Program-made: the position numbers and the translations under genes
Shown here: piece after piece, positions 1 through 10,090 of the stretch
Layout of the letters: every line of letters begins with the position of its first letter
Position numbering within the stretch: the first letter of the stretch is position 1
From: an uncultured delta proteobacterium
GTDB lineage: Bacteria > Desulfobacterota > Binatia > UBA9968
Direction: 5' to 3'
Length of the DNA: 64,000 nt
Assembly: GCA_963816145.1 (NCBI GenBank)
Contig: CAWFJP010000003.1
Span: 224,001-288,000, forward strand
Notes under the pieces: generated by a model
What the model saw: only the letters and a program-made list of their open reading frames with translations
Database searches by the model: none
Told to the model about the DNA's origin: nothing

Positions 1-435
1 ATGGCCGAAGTTGACTTCCGGCAAACCGAACTTGGCGTCGTCGGCGGCGATCGCCACGTCGCAGCCCACCGTTACCGTGAGCGCGCCACCCAAACACCAG
101 CCGGAGATGCGCGCGATGATCGGTTGCGGCAAAGTGCGCAAGAGTTCGGTGCGCCACTTGCGCACTTTTTCGCGGATCTCGTCCTTTACCCATTCAGGCT
201 GCGATTCCATTTCAAGGCCATACTGTTTCAAATCTTGCCCGGCACAGAAGTTATCTCCGGCGCCGGTTAGAACTACGACCTGGGTTTGCTTGTCGTAGCG
301 CAGTTCGGTCAAGACTTGGTACATCTCGCGATGCAGTTGCGGGCTCATGGCGTTGCGCTTTTCCGGTCGATTGAATGTAATCGTGGTGATGCCGCCGTCG
401 CGGGTGAGCAATAATGTTTCAAATGTCTCGGTCAT
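1..435 (-). CDS. Enoyl-CoA hydratase/crotonase family protein, hydroxycinnamoyl-CoA hydratase-lyase-like (runs off the window start)
   Basis: Not in ORF track. Manual translation from ATG 435 (RBS AAGGAG): MTETFETLLLTRDGGITTITFNRPEKRNAMSPQLHREM...LTGAGDNFCAGQDLK...GWCLGG...DDAKFGLPEVNFGH, with crotonase motifs. Confidence 0.88.
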   Translation of the reverse strand, partial: MTETFETLLLTRDGGITTITFNRPEKRNAMSPQLHREMYQVLTELRYDKQTQVVVLTGAGDNFCAGQDLKQYGLEMESQPEWVKDEIREKVRKWRTELLRTLPQPIIARISGWCLGGALTVTVGCDVAIAADDAKFGLPEVNFGH

Positions 436-874
436 GAAGCTTCTCCTTTGCCGTTGGTTGGAATCAATTTGACACAGACGAGCTTACTAGGCCAACCTTT
501 GGAACAATTTGCGGCTGTAATTACTGGCGGCCCCATGATCAAGCGTATACCCGCCATGCTGTTTCGGTTTCTATCCATACAACTCCCATCGGCATAAGTC
601 TCATTCTTGACAGGCAACCGGACAGTTTCGAGAGCTCGAATCATTTAATATGCTTGGGTACCGACACCCCTTTCAAAACAAACCACGATCTGACCAAGGC
701 CGTGTTGCGGTGCACTTCCCAGTAAGAATAGACGGCGGGAAAGTTTCGTGACTCGAAAACGTTGCCGCGTCGGAGTGTTGCCTCCGATACTATTGGATGG
801 TAAAGCCGTTGACCCACGGCGGGCGGTGATTAGACCGGTTGCGTCGCCTTGGGGAATGCGATAAGAGCCTCGCT

Positions 875-1357
875 ATGGCGCCGATTTATAGCCATGCACG
901 GGAGCTTAGAACCATAGGGCAGCAACTCGACAAGCAGGGTATCGATATATTCGATCTACGCTATGTGGAGGGCGATTATCTGCTGGAATGCGCCGATCCG
1001 AACCCGCCGTTCACCGATCTGATCCATCTGCGATACTCGGACTTCGAGCTCAAATCACTGGAGCTCGCCGCGGCCCAGGCACGCAGCGCCGGATTCACGC
1101 ATGTTAATTTCCAGAGCATGGCGGAATCGCTTCGCGCGGCCGGTCGCTATGTCGAGAGACTCAACGCCAAGCTGCTACGCATTTCGGCCCCGGATGCTGG
1201 ATTGGACGGTATCCTGTTTAAAATCGAGTACCAGAGCCGTGACGGTCGTCACTGCTTCGAAGATATCCGTAACAACGACCTCGCAGAGGTGGCGATACGC
1301 ATGTATAAAGAGCGCGCCCGAATTAGCAGTTCACGAGATCCTCGCTCCGAGACGTAA
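875..1357 (+). CDS. Hypothetical protein with internal two-fold LRxxG repeat; paralog of 32621-33169
   Basis: ORF 839-1357, likely start ATG 875; ELRTIGQQLD and SLRAAGRYVE repeats. Confidence 0.7.
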   Translation: MAPIYSHARELRTIGQQLDKQGIDIFDLRYVEGDYLLECADPNPPFTDLIHLRYSDFELKSLELAAAQARSAGFTHVNFQSMAESLRAAGRYVERLNAKLLRISAPDAGLDGILFKIEYQSRDGRHCFEDIRNNDLAEVAIRMYKERARISSSRDPRSET

Positions 1358-1405
1358 TCGAGCCGTCGAATCTCTAACTCACTCCCCGACACCCATCTAA
1401 GAATT

Positions 1406-2872
1406 TCAGCCACGCCGCTCCAGGCGAATCGCCAAATCGCCCCGCTGCACGACCACCTGGCGAAATCTTTTCTGCTTACTCAGCCCGTCGATCAACAGCA
1501 TCAACGGCTGCCGCACGCTCGAGTATGGCCACAGCGGTTGCGCGGCTTTCATGTTCTCGACGTCCTCTCGGCCGGCAAAGTAGCGCAACAACAATTCATC
1601 GTCGGAGATCCCGGCGCCATCGAGTTTGGCGCGAAACTGTCGCAGCGTCGGATCGGGAGCGTGCCAATTCCTTAATTCGCGCGCCCGCGGCCGGTCGAGG
1701 ATCTTGTCTTTTATATCGGCATTGATGGATGAACTTTCCTCTTCCCCCCAGCTGCCGAGCGCGTAGTGAATCAATTCGTCGGTAACTTCCTTGTAGCGCT
1801 CGCCGAGAATGACGTTCATCGCCGCCTGCACGCCGACGAACTGCGAGTACGGCGTCACCATGATCGGGTAGCCCAACTCCTGGCGCACCTGCGCAGTCTC
1901 TTCGAGCACCTCGCCAACCCGATGCGCCATCCCGAGCTTGCCCAACTGAAAGCGAAAATTGGAAATCATTCCGCCCGGCACTTGATGGCGGTAGTGATAG
2001 CTGTCGTATTCGCGCGGTTCCCCTAGAGCAAAGCCTTCGCGCTTGGCAATGAAGTTGAAGTGATCTTCGACCGGCTTCAGTACCGCTTGATCGATGGCGG
2101 TAAGATAACCCAAGGCCCGGGCGTTTCGCGCGACGCTGAACAGCGACGGGTTGGATGAACCGTTAGCCAGCGGCGGGATCGCCGTGTTGATCGAACGGAC
2201 GCCCAACTTGATCGCTTCGTAACAGCACATCGGCCCAAGCCCGGTAATACAATGGGTATGAAACTCGACCGGGATAGCGCCGACAGCGGCGAGCACGGTG
2301 GGCACTAACGTTCGGGTGCGCTCCGGCGTCAAAAGCGCGCCTGGGTCCTTGATGCAAATCCGCGCCGGGCGCAGTGCGGCGGCTTGACGGGCGCGTTCGA
2401 GGTAGTAACCATCGGTATGTTTGGGCGATTCTGAAAAGGTCAGATTGATGATCGTCGCCACTCCGACTTGGTTGGCTGAGCGCACCATCTCGGCCCAATT
2501 CGCTGCGGTGTTGGACGGATCGGAACTGCGCAATTCGCGAATCCCGTTGGCCGCCAACCGTTCGAGCCACAACTGAGAGGCACAAGCCGGGGTCACCTGA
2601 AAGCCGGCCATGTAGCGGTTACGGATACCGCGCAGCGGTGTTTTGTTGACGCGCTGGCGCATCAGCCGAATGCGCTGCCAAACGTCTTCTTTGAATTCTC
2701 GGCAGGCTTTTTTGAAGAACGACGGCGCAACCAGTTCGATGGCTTCGAACCCCGCTTGGTCCATGCGCGCGGCGATCGGCAGGATCATGCCAGTTAGCAT
2801 GCCCTCGGCCCACAAACTCTGATGGCCGTCGCGCAGCGTGGTGTCGACGAAGCGAATCTCATCCATGATCAT
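1406..2872 (-). CDS. Pyruvate carboxylase subunit B / oxaloacetate decarboxylase alpha-like carboxyltransferase, no biotinyl domain
   Basis: DTTLRDGHQSL, IKDPG, FHTH, HQVPGGMISN, LGYPIMVTPYSQFVG; no C-terminal EAMKM. Confidence 0.88.
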   Translation of the reverse strand: MIMDEIRFVDTTLRDGHQSLWAEGMLTGMILPIAARMDQAGFEAIELVAPSFFKKACREFKEDVWQRIRLMRQRVNKTPLRGIRNRYMAGFQVTPACASQLWLERLAANGIRELRSSDPSNTAANWAEMVRSANQVGVATIINLTFSESPKHTDGYYLERARQAAALRPARICIKDPGALLTPERTRTLVPTVLAAVGAIPVEFHTHCITGLGPMCCYEAIKLGVRSINTAIPPLANGSSNPSLFSVARNARALGYLTAIDQAVLKPVEDHFNFIAKREGFALGEPREYDSYHYRHQVPGGMISNFRFQLGKLGMAHRVGEVLEETAQVRQELGYPIMVTPYSQFVGVQAAMNVILGERYKEVTDELIHYALGSWGEEESSSINADIKDKILDRPRARELRNWHAPDPTLRQFRAKLDGAGISDDELLLRYFAGREDVENMKAAQPLWPYSSVRQPLMLLIDGLSKQKRFRQVVVQRGDLAIRLERRG

Positions 2873-3363
2873 TTGCCTTCGGTATCGAGATACTTCCAGG
2901 CGCTAAAAGTCGCCGCCTGCCCGTAGGGCGCGCCCCGTTCGTCCAACACCGTCCATACGGTCGCCGTGTCGATCAAAAAACGCCGACCGGTTCTGGAAAT
3001 GCGAACGCCGCGGTAATCGTCGATATATCCCTGCCGTGTCACGGTGTCGAGCAAGCGTGCGCGTTCATCGCGATGTACCGGCTCGGCCGTCAAGCGCGAT
3101 GGCGTTTGACTCAGCTCCTCCCAGTTAAGCTCGAAGAGCTGCATGGCGGCGCGATTGCCATAATTCAAAATCGGATCGGCTGCCGTATCGTGCGATAGCA
3201 GCGCAAACGGTGCAGCAAATAGCTGCCGCGCCTGCTCGACCCTTGGCAGCTGCGGATCGACCAGATCGCGCCCTGTCCAACGGCGTAGGCTAACGAGCAA
3301 GAGAGCGACGTGTTCAGCGGAGAATTGGTTCGCTTCGCAGGGTTCACTATTCGGGAAATTCAT
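2869..3363 (-). CDS. Stand-alone MEKHLA (PAS-like) domain protein
   Basis: DPILNYGNRAAMQLFE...PSRLTAEP...YRGVRISRTGRRFLI; ATGA overlap with the downstream carboxyltransferase. Confidence 0.85.
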   Translation of the reverse strand: MNFPNSEPCEANQFSAEHVALLLVSLRRWTGRDLVDPQLPRVEQARQLFAAPFALLSHDTAADPILNYGNRAAMQLFELNWEELSQTPSRLTAEPVHRDERARLLDTVTRQGYIDDYRGVRISRTGRRFLIDTATVWTVLDERGAPYGQAATFSAWKYLDTEGK

Positions 3364-3415
3364 GGCACATGCAGAGAAACAGTGAGATTGGTTAAACCTA
3401 TGGCATGATACTCAA

Positions 3416-3443
3416 CGGGGCCGGTGCTATGCACCCGGCCCCG
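3416..3443. terminator. GC-rich hairpin just after the flavoprotein gene
   Basis: CGGGGCCGGTGC-TAT-GCACCCGGCCCCG; no clear U tract. Confidence 0.4.
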
Positions 3444-3477
3444 CTAGCGACAATCTACCGACGAAACGAAGCCTTGC

Positions 3478-5208
3478 TCATCCCCTGCTCGGCTCCTTCG
3501 CCGCATTGACTCCAGAAATGAACCCCTGAGTCGTGCAGCGGCCCAAGCCGTGCTGGTTGAAGCCGCCGGCGCTTTCGCCGGCGCAGAACAGGCCGGGGAT
3601 GACCTGGCCGTTCATATCAAGGACTTGGCATTTGGCGTTGATGCGCAAACCGGAGCGGGTGTCATGGACATTCGGGGTGTCCCAAGCAGCGTAGAATGGC
3701 GGTTTTTCGATCTTGTACTTGGGCGATGGCTTGCCGAATTCCTCGTCCTTGCCGGCATCGACGAAGGAATTATACCGTGCCACGGTGGCTTCCAACACTT
3801 CGCCCTTCATCGGTTTCGCTTGGAATTCGCTTTTGATCTTGCCGGCAAGTTCTCTCAAAGTGTTGGCGCTGAAGAAATATCCGTCAGGATCGACGTGCGG
3901 CGGTTCGACGATCCATTTGTTGCGCGCCACCGCGTCGGCGTCAAAGATCGCCCAGATCGGACCGGCGGAATATTCCGGCGGCTCCGAGTATTCGTTCATC
4001 GCCACCGCGGCATTGAAAAAATTATACTGCGTCGGGTGATAATGAATGTTTTCGTTGTTGCGATAATCGTTGGGTGTGTAAGGATCGATATCCCCGGCAA
4101 CATTGCCGTGCGGGTAGTCGCCTTTGGTCTCATCGTAGAAGCGCTTGCCCACCTGATTGACCAGGATAACGTTCTGCCAGTCCTTTAACGTCAGGCCGAC
4201 CGCTTTGACCAAAGGAAATATCGGCGACTCCAATTCCCAATTCATATAGTTCCACTTGGTGCCGAGCACGCGTTGAGTGCGGATCTGATCGCCGACCTCC
4301 AGGGTCTGGTTGACCAGGCCCCAAAGCGACGCGCCGATCTCCATGGCGGCGCGCTCGCCGCTGGCGTCTTGATAGCTGTAGGGTTCGCCGGCGACGGTGA
4401 GCACTTCGGTCAAGCGTGGATCGAACATGCGGCGGAAATTCACGTCGCTGGTCATGCCGCCGGTGGCGACGATCACGCCCTTCTTGGCGCGGATGCGCAT
4501 GGTCGGCTTGGTGCTATCGATGTTGCCGTCGGAACGAAAGCTTTTCAGCGGCGTCGATTGTCCCGGCATGATGCGCGGCGAGTATTCGGCGGTGATACCG
4601 AGAACCGCGCCGCTCTTCTGCCCCTCGCGAACGAAGCCGGTCATCTTATATCTGAGCAAAAACTTCGCGCCCTTTTTCCGCGCGCTATCTTCCAACGGCC
4701 GGATCACGCCGGTGCCGGGGCGCGCATTGGGACTTTCCAGGCCGGCTCCTTTGGTCCAGAAGGCATGATTTTCTCGCGGCGCGGTGTTGCCTAGACAATG
4801 TCCACCCTGATTGTCGGGCGGGATTTCCTTGAACTTGACGCCGTTCTCGAGCAGGAATTCGAAGGTCGGCGCGCAATGGTCGGCGAAGGCGCGCATGACC
4901 TCGCGATCGTTGTACCGATAGTTCGGCCAGCCGTTGTTCTCGACCACGGTCCAGTCGGTGAGGTCGCTGAACACGATGTCGGGAGAATCCTTGATGCCAT
5001 ATTTTTTTTGCGCGCTAGTGCCGCCGCCTAGCGGCACGTTGCCGCCGCTGACGATCGCATGGCCGCCGACATCGTAGTTGGCCTCGACCACGATCACCGT
5101 AGCGCCCCCATCGCGCGCCTTGACCGCCGCCGGCAGACCCGCCGCCCCGGCGCCGATCACCACGACGTCCGCCTCGAGATCCCAGCCGTTCGCTCCTGCT
5201 TGTGCCAT
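3478..5208 (-). CDS. FAD-dependent oxidoreductase (FAD_binding_2; fumarate reductase / 3-ketosteroid dehydrogenase-like flavoprotein)
   Basis: DVVVIGAGAAG, VIVATGG, GLRINAKCQVLD..GQVIPGLFCAGE; GGAGG RBS before ATG 5208. Confidence 0.85.
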   Translation of the reverse strand: MAQAGANGWDLEADVVVIGAGAAGLPAAVKARDGGATVIVVEANYDVGGHAIVSGGNVPLGGGTSAQKKYGIKDSPDIVFSDLTDWTVVENNGWPNYRYNDREVMRAFADHCAPTFEFLLENGVKFKEIPPDNQGGHCLGNTAPRENHAFWTKGAGLESPNARPGTGVIRPLEDSARKKGAKFLLRYKMTGFVREGQKSGAVLGITAEYSPRIMPGQSTPLKSFRSDGNIDSTKPTMRIRAKKGVIVATGGMTSDVNFRRMFDPRLTEVLTVAGEPYSYQDASGERAAMEIGASLWGLVNQTLEVGDQIRTQRVLGTKWNYMNWELESPIFPLVKAVGLTLKDWQNVILVNQVGKRFYDETKGDYPHGNVAGDIDPYTPNDYRNNENIHYHPTQYNFFNAAVAMNEYSEPPEYSAGPIWAIFDADAVARNKWIVEPPHVDPDGYFFSANTLRELAGKIKSEFQAKPMKGEVLEATVARYNSFVDAGKDEEFGKPSPKYKIEKPPFYAAWDTPNVHDTRSGLRINAKCQVLDMNGQVIPGLFCAGESAGGFNQHGLGRCTTQGFISGVNAAKEPSRG

Positions 5209-5282
5209 CGTTCTAACCTCCAATTTCGAATGTCAAATTTAGATTCGATTACAACCGGCGGAGGAAAAATACAAGGGAAAAC

Positions 5283-5314
5283 AATGGAGAATTGAGAATT
5301 GAAAATGGAGAATG
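5283..5314. repeat. Heptamer tandem repeat (AATGGAG/AATTGAG/AATTGAA)
   Basis: aatggag aattgag aattgaa aatggag aatg. Confidence 0.65.
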
Positions 5315-5412
5315 CGAAGAGGATCTCGGTTCAGCTATCCAGTTTGGTTAACGATCAGCGGGGAGATGTGATATGAGGATCCGATCCACAACGATTTGCC
5401 AGAGGAGTAGCC

Positions 5413-5955
5413 ATGCCACGATTGCCTGAACTGAATGAAGCTAAATTATCCCCGGAACAGAAGACTATTTACGACGAAATTATGCGTGTGCGCGGACGGG
5501 TGCGCGGGCCGTTTGCGGTTTGGCTGCGCAATGCCGAATTGGCGGAGGGAGCTTTAAAGCTGCAGGATATGTTCGCGTCGCGGGTAAAAATGGAGCGGCG
5601 GCTGATCCAGTTGATGATTCTCGTGGCGGCGCGCTGCGCCGGCGCCCAGTATGCCTGGTACATCCATGAGCCCCACGCCCTCGAGCACGGCATCTCGCGC
5701 GAGATCGTCGAGGCGATCCGCGAGCGGCGCACCCCCGACTTCACGCGTGAAGACGAAAGACTGGTCTATGACATTACGCTAGAACTCAACACCACCCAAA
5801 GGTTGTCGGACCCCACTTTCGGCCGTGGCATGGCGCTGTTCGGCGAGCAGCAAATGGTCGAGCTGGTTTCCGGCGTAGGCTTTTATGCCATGGTGGCGAT
5901 GACGCTCAACACCTTCGACGTGGCGGTTCCCGACGGCAAGAAACCGTTGGCGTGA
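5413..5955 (+). CDS. Carboxymuconolactone decarboxylase (CMD/AhpD-like) family protein
   Basis: RGRVRGPF.VWL, QLMILVAAR...YAWYIH; AGGAG RBS. Confidence 0.8.
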   Translation: MPRLPELNEAKLSPEQKTIYDEIMRVRGRVRGPFAVWLRNAELAEGALKLQDMFASRVKMERRLIQLMILVAARCAGAQYAWYIHEPHALEHGISREIVEAIRERRTPDFTREDERLVYDITLELNTTQRLSDPTFGRGMALFGEQQMVELVSGVGFYAMVAMTLNTFDVAVPDGKKPLA

Positions 5956-5961
5956 GGCAGA

Positions 5962-6096
5962 TTAAGATTTTTTGGCTTCTGGCTTCGGCGCTTCGGGGCG
6001 CTTGCCGATCTGCTCACCGTTGGGCAGGTGCTGATACTTCAGTTCGACTCGCTTGTCCATGGCCGCGTACTTCTTCACCCAATCTGTTGGTTTCAT
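5962..6096 (-). CDS. Small basic hypothetical protein, 44 aa (MKPTDWVKKYAAMDKRVELKYQHLPNGEQIGKRPEAPKPEAKKS)
   Basis: Below ORF-track cutoff; strong GGGAGG RBS 6 nt before ATG; GC-rich third positions. Confidence 0.55.
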   Translation of the reverse strand: MKPTDWVKKYAAMDKRVELKYQHLPNGEQIGKRPEAPKPEAKKS

Positions 6097-6215
6097 CGAA
6101 AACCTCCCGAAATAATTACTATTACAAATACTGAACCCGGAACTGAAAAGCCAGTGCCCAGCTCAACAAACTCATCAGGATTTGGCTCGCTTTTAGCCGA
6201 CATCGGTGACCAGAA

Positions 6216-6282
6216 AGATTTCTCGCTTTGCTCGAAATGACAGGCGAGCAATGAGCTGTCATCGCGAACGAACCGTGGGATC
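6216..6282. repeat. Degenerate GTCAT/ATGAC-type REP pair
   Basis: agatttctcgctttgctcgaaatgaca ... tgtcatcgcgaacgaaccgtgggatc; a similar arm lies at 41341-41367. Confidence 0.5.
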
Positions 6283-6366
6283 ATGCCAAACGAAACCATC
6301 ATCATAAATCCGATTGACTTGTAGTCTGGGTCCAGCCGATATTCATCCAAAAGCGTAATCATATCT

Positions 6367-8628
6367 ATGGCCGAATCACGCATAATCCGCACTGTCTGCG
6401 ATCCCAATTGCCACGCCAGCCCGCGCTGCGGGATTGCCGCTCATGTGGTCGCCGGGCGCATTGACAAGATCGAGGCTGGGCGCTTTCCCTTGCCGGAATA
6501 TGATCGGCGCATCTGCGCCATGGGCATGGCGCGATTGGAGCAACAGTATCATCCGGATCGGCTGCGCTATCCCCTGCAGCGTGTCGGCCCCCGTGGCGCA
6601 GGCAAATGGCAGCGTATCAGCTGGGACGAAGCGTATGATCTAATCGCCGAACGATTGAGCGCTCTTGGCGCGCGCTACGGCTCGCGTTCACTAGCCTTCT
6701 TTACCGGCAGTGGTGCTGCCGGCGTGCTGACCAAGGGATCGGTGCAACGCTTCGCCGCCGCCATTGGCGGCACGGCCTATCGCGCCGGCGGCGTCGATTA
6801 CGGCGTGCCCAAGGGTTTGGAGTACACGTTCGGCGTTCCCGCCTCGACCTATTTCAGACCGGGTGGACACGAGTACGCCGATGCCGTGAATTCAAAAATG
6901 ATTCTTTTCTGGGGCGGCAACGCTGCCGATACCCGGCTGGTGGATTTTCATTTCGTTTTGGAAGCCCAGCGGCGCGGCGCCAAGATCGTCTGCATCGATC
7001 CTAACCGCAGCGCCACGGCGCGCCATGCCGATCGGTGGATCTCACCCCGACCTGGAACTGACACGGCATTGGCGCTCGCGCTGCTCAATGAGATTATCGC
7101 CAATAATCTATACGCCGCCGGATTTTTATCGCGCCATACCAACGCGCCGTTTCTGGTCCGGCGCGACAACGGCGAGTTCCTTCGCAGGGAATCTTCGGAT
7201 TACTTAGTTTGGGATTGCGCTCGTAGCGAAGCGCTGCCCTGCAACGAAGTCACGATGCCAGCACTCACGGGTGAGCATCATGTGAAGACCGATTCCGGCG
7301 CGATCATCGATTGCGTCCCAGCGTTTCAACTTCTGGTCGAACTTTGCGCCAGTTACAGCGCCGATCGCGCCGCGCAAATCACTAGCGTTCCCGCTCCGGT
7401 CATTCGCCAATTGGCAAGGGACTTCGCCGATGCCAAACCGGCGGCGATTCGCATCGGCTACGGTGTCGACCGTTGGTACTATTCCGATTATACCGCACGC
7501 GCGGCGGCCAATCTGGTCATCGCCACCGGCAACATCGGCATCGCCGGCGGCGGCATCAGCGTCCACGACGGCACTTACGCCGCGCCGCTAAACTTAAATC
7601 CATTTCGCACGCCGGGCGGTCGGCAAGCGGCCACCCTCGATATCATCGGCCTGATGCGAGCCATCGAGCATGACGATCCCTATCCCGTCCGCTCCCTATG
7701 GCTGTCGGCTTCGAACATGTTCAATCAGACCTCGGCCAATCGCAGCCATGTGTTACGCGACATTCTGCCCAAGTTGGAACTCTTCGTCGCCGTCGATCTC
7801 TTCATGACCGATACCGCGATAATGGCCGATATCGTGCTGCCGGCCTGTTCGATATTCGAAAAATCAGATCTCATCGCCGGCATGTTTCTGCAACTGCAAC
7901 GCCAAGTGGTAGCGCCGGAGGGCGAAAGCAAAGCCGATTTGGATATTTTCGCCGGCTTGGCACAGCGCATGGGGCTGGAACAGTTTTTCGACCGCTCACC
8001 GGAGGACTACTTACGCGAGATGCTCGAAAGCAACGATCCCTTACTCAGCGGCATCAGCCTCGATCGGTTGCAGCGCGAAGACGCGCTCCTGCTGAATCGG
8101 CCCGCTGCGCCTTATGTCGGATTGGCCGATTTGCGCTTCAATACACCATCCGGGCGCATCGAGCTTTACAAAGAAGAGCTGGTTCAACATGGCGCCGAGC
8201 TGCCCTGCTACCGTGAGCCCATTGAAGCCACGCCCAAGAATTCACTCTATTCGAAGTATCCGTTGACCTTGATCTTCTCCCACAGCCCTCACCGGATTCA
8301 CTCGACCTTCGCCAATCTGTCTGCGACAAAAGAACACGAACCCGAGCCGGTGGCCGAGATCCATCCGAGCGACGCCGGCCGGCGCCGGTTGAGCGATGCC
8401 AAGCTTGTGCGGGTTTACAACCAGCGCGGCAGCGTGGAACTCAAGTGGCGCGCCAACGCCGATCTGCGTCCGGGCGTGGTGGTGATTTCCGAGGGCTCCT
8501 GGGTCAGGGATTTTCCCAAAGGCGATCCCTACAGCCTGACCCATGAACAAGTGAGCCCGACCTCGGACAACTACGCTTTCTTCGACACGTTGGTCGAGAT
8601 CGAACTCGCTGGTGATATCACGGATTAA
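6367..8628 (+). CDS. Molybdopterin-dependent oxidoreductase catalytic subunit (DMSO reductase family), no Tat signal
   Basis: N-terminal CDPNCHASPRC...C Fe-S motif, RLRYPLQRVGPRG.GKWQRISWDEA, PRPGTDTAL, ADIVLP, C-terminal molydop_binding domain. Confidence 0.9.
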   Translation: MAESRIIRTVCDPNCHASPRCGIAAHVVAGRIDKIEAGRFPLPEYDRRICAMGMARLEQQYHPDRLRYPLQRVGPRGAGKWQRISWDEAYDLIAERLSALGARYGSRSLAFFTGSGAAGVLTKGSVQRFAAAIGGTAYRAGGVDYGVPKGLEYTFGVPASTYFRPGGHEYADAVNSKMILFWGGNAADTRLVDFHFVLEAQRRGAKIVCIDPNRSATARHADRWISPRPGTDTALALALLNEIIANNLYAAGFLSRHTNAPFLVRRDNGEFLRRESSDYLVWDCARSEALPCNEVTMPALTGEHHVKTDSGAIIDCVPAFQLLVELCASYSADRAAQITSVPAPVIRQLARDFADAKPAAIRIGYGVDRWYYSDYTARAAANLVIATGNIGIAGGGISVHDGTYAAPLNLNPFRTPGGRQAATLDIIGLMRAIEHDDPYPVRSLWLSASNMFNQTSANRSHVLRDILPKLELFVAVDLFMTDTAIMADIVLPACSIFEKSDLIAGMFLQLQRQVVAPEGESKADLDIFAGLAQRMGLEQFFDRSPEDYLREMLESNDPLLSGISLDRLQREDALLLNRPAAPYVGLADLRFNTPSGRIELYKEELVQHGAELPCYREPIEATPKNSLYSKYPLTLIFSHSPHRIHSTFANLSATKEHEPEPVAEIHPSDAGRRRLSDAKLVRVYNQRGSVELKWRANADLRPGVVVISEGSWVRDFPKGDPYSLTHEQVSPTSDNYAFFDTLVEIELAGDITD

Positions 8629-9233
8629 TGCTCGTACGAGTATTTCTCCCGGCAGTCGATCTTAGCGCGGCGGCAAAAGAAATCCTTCACATCGGCGGCA
8701 TGCATAAAGCGGTCATAGTCATAGTTGGGTCCATAGCTCGACCAGATTTCTTCACCGGCGCCAATGTCGCGTAGCGCATAAAACTCAAAATACGGCGGCT
8801 GGCAGAGTCTTCTAATCGCCGCGTTCTGAAAATTGGTTTCGCGGCCGTTGATTTTACTCGGCGCAAAGTTGATTCGGCTGACGTTGGCGCCGTTGTCTTT
8901 AGCGTCGAGGTAGACGTAGGGATAGGCTTGTTTATGGGCGCACTCCAAGAGCGCGGCGATATAATGGTTGCCCTGGGGATATTTGTCGGCGGGCAGCAGC
9001 CGTCCGCCGAGCTCGCCGATCACCTCACCCTTTTTGATCGGCACACGGGCATACAAGCCATTGCCGCCGTTTGGGATCAGTGATTTCTTGATTTCGGTGC
9101 GCTTGTCCAGCTCCTTATTGATTTTGAGCAGCGGGAACTCTTCTTTCGCCTTCTCTGCCGCCCGCAGCGGTACGGCGGAGATAACCAGTTGGGCCATGAA
9201 GCTAGTCAGAATCAATGCATTCAGTCTTTTCAT
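8625..9233 (-). CDS. SET-domain protein with predicted Sec signal peptide
   Basis: KSLIPNGGNGLYA..PIKKGEVIG, SRINF, FYALRDIGAGEEIWSSYG; N-terminus MKRLNALILTSFMAQLVISAVPLRA. Confidence 0.8.
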   Translation of the reverse strand: MKRLNALILTSFMAQLVISAVPLRAAEKAKEEFPLLKINKELDKRTEIKKSLIPNGGNGLYARVPIKKGEVIGELGGRLLPADKYPQGNHYIAALLECAHKQAYPYVYLDAKDNGANVSRINFAPSKINGRETNFQNAAIRRLCQPPYFEFYALRDIGAGEEIWSSYGPNYDYDRFMHAADVKDFFCRRAKIDCREKYSYEH

Positions 9234-9275
9234 AGTGGGTCGTGAGTCGGTTGTTCCTCTCAAACATTTTTCAGT

Positions 9276-10073
9276 TTATTTCAGATTGAATATTCTCTTG
9301 GCGTTGCCGGCCAAAATGTTGGCCTTGTCGGCATCGCTGATCTTGGCGCTCTTGATCTCTTCCAACGAGACGCAATGGTCGTAGCTCGCCGGATGGGAAT
9401 AGAACAAGCTGCCAAAGATCATCCGCTCGGAACCCACCGCTTCGACGAAATTTTTCACGTAGCCGGGGCCGCGCACATGAGCAGTGTCGAAAATGATGTT
9501 TTTGGTGCGCTTGGCGATGTCCAATGCCAACTGGCTGTTGGTATTAGTGGTCAAAGCGTCTAACGAGACAAATGTCAATTCTGGGAATTCGCCGGCGAGC
9601 CGCTCCAAGCGCCAAACCGCTTCCAGATTGGATTCGGCATTGGTATGAATCAGCGGTACCAAACCCAACTCTCTGACCTTCTTCAGCAGCGGCCGCATCA
9701 GTGGATGGTCCACCGCGACCCCCTGGAACCGGCTATGCCAGACCACGCCGTCGAGACCGAGTTCATGCTTCATGCGCTCCAACTCGTCGAGGGAGCGGGC
9801 GCCGTGCAGCGGCTCGACGATGCCGCAGGCGATCGGAAATCGCTTGGGATCGCGCTTGCGGTAGGCCGCCACCACGTCGTTGGAACGCATGGTGTCTTTG
9901 ATGCCGTCGGCTTGAATATATCCCGTCGCCGCCAGGATCGCCGCGGCGCTGACGCCGTTGGCGTCCATGATGCGCACGCGATTGGCGTAGTCTCGGTCTT
10001 GCCACCCGTCACCTTCTTGTAGGCTGCCGCCGTTGAGCGCACCCAAGTGATGATGAATGTCGAGCACTTCCAT
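9276..10073 (-). CDS. Amidohydrolase family protein (Amidohydro_2)
   Basis: LDIHHH, VVWH, LIHT, ERMIFGS; GGAGG RBS. Confidence 0.85.
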   Translation of the reverse strand: MEVLDIHHHLGALNGGSLQEGDGWQDRDYANRVRIMDANGVSAAAILAATGYIQADGIKDTMRSNDVVAAYRKRDPKRFPIACGIVEPLHGARSLDELERMKHELGLDGVVWHSRFQGVAVDHPLMRPLLKKVRELGLVPLIHTNAESNLEAVWRLERLAGEFPELTFVSLDALTTNTNSQLALDIAKRTKNIIFDTAHVRGPGYVKNFVEAVGSERMIFGSLFYSHPASYDHCVSLEEIKSAKISDADKANILAGNAKRIFNLK

Positions 10074-10090
10074 AGCACCTCCTTGCCTAC

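Noticed and set aside
1-298. Plus-strand ORFs 1-270 and 11-298
   Set aside because: Antisense shadows of the crotonase-family gene on the minus strand
715-825. Several small hairpins upstream of the 875 gene as a riboswitch
   Set aside because: No recognisable riboswitch consensus and no terminator; could be chance in GC-rich DNA
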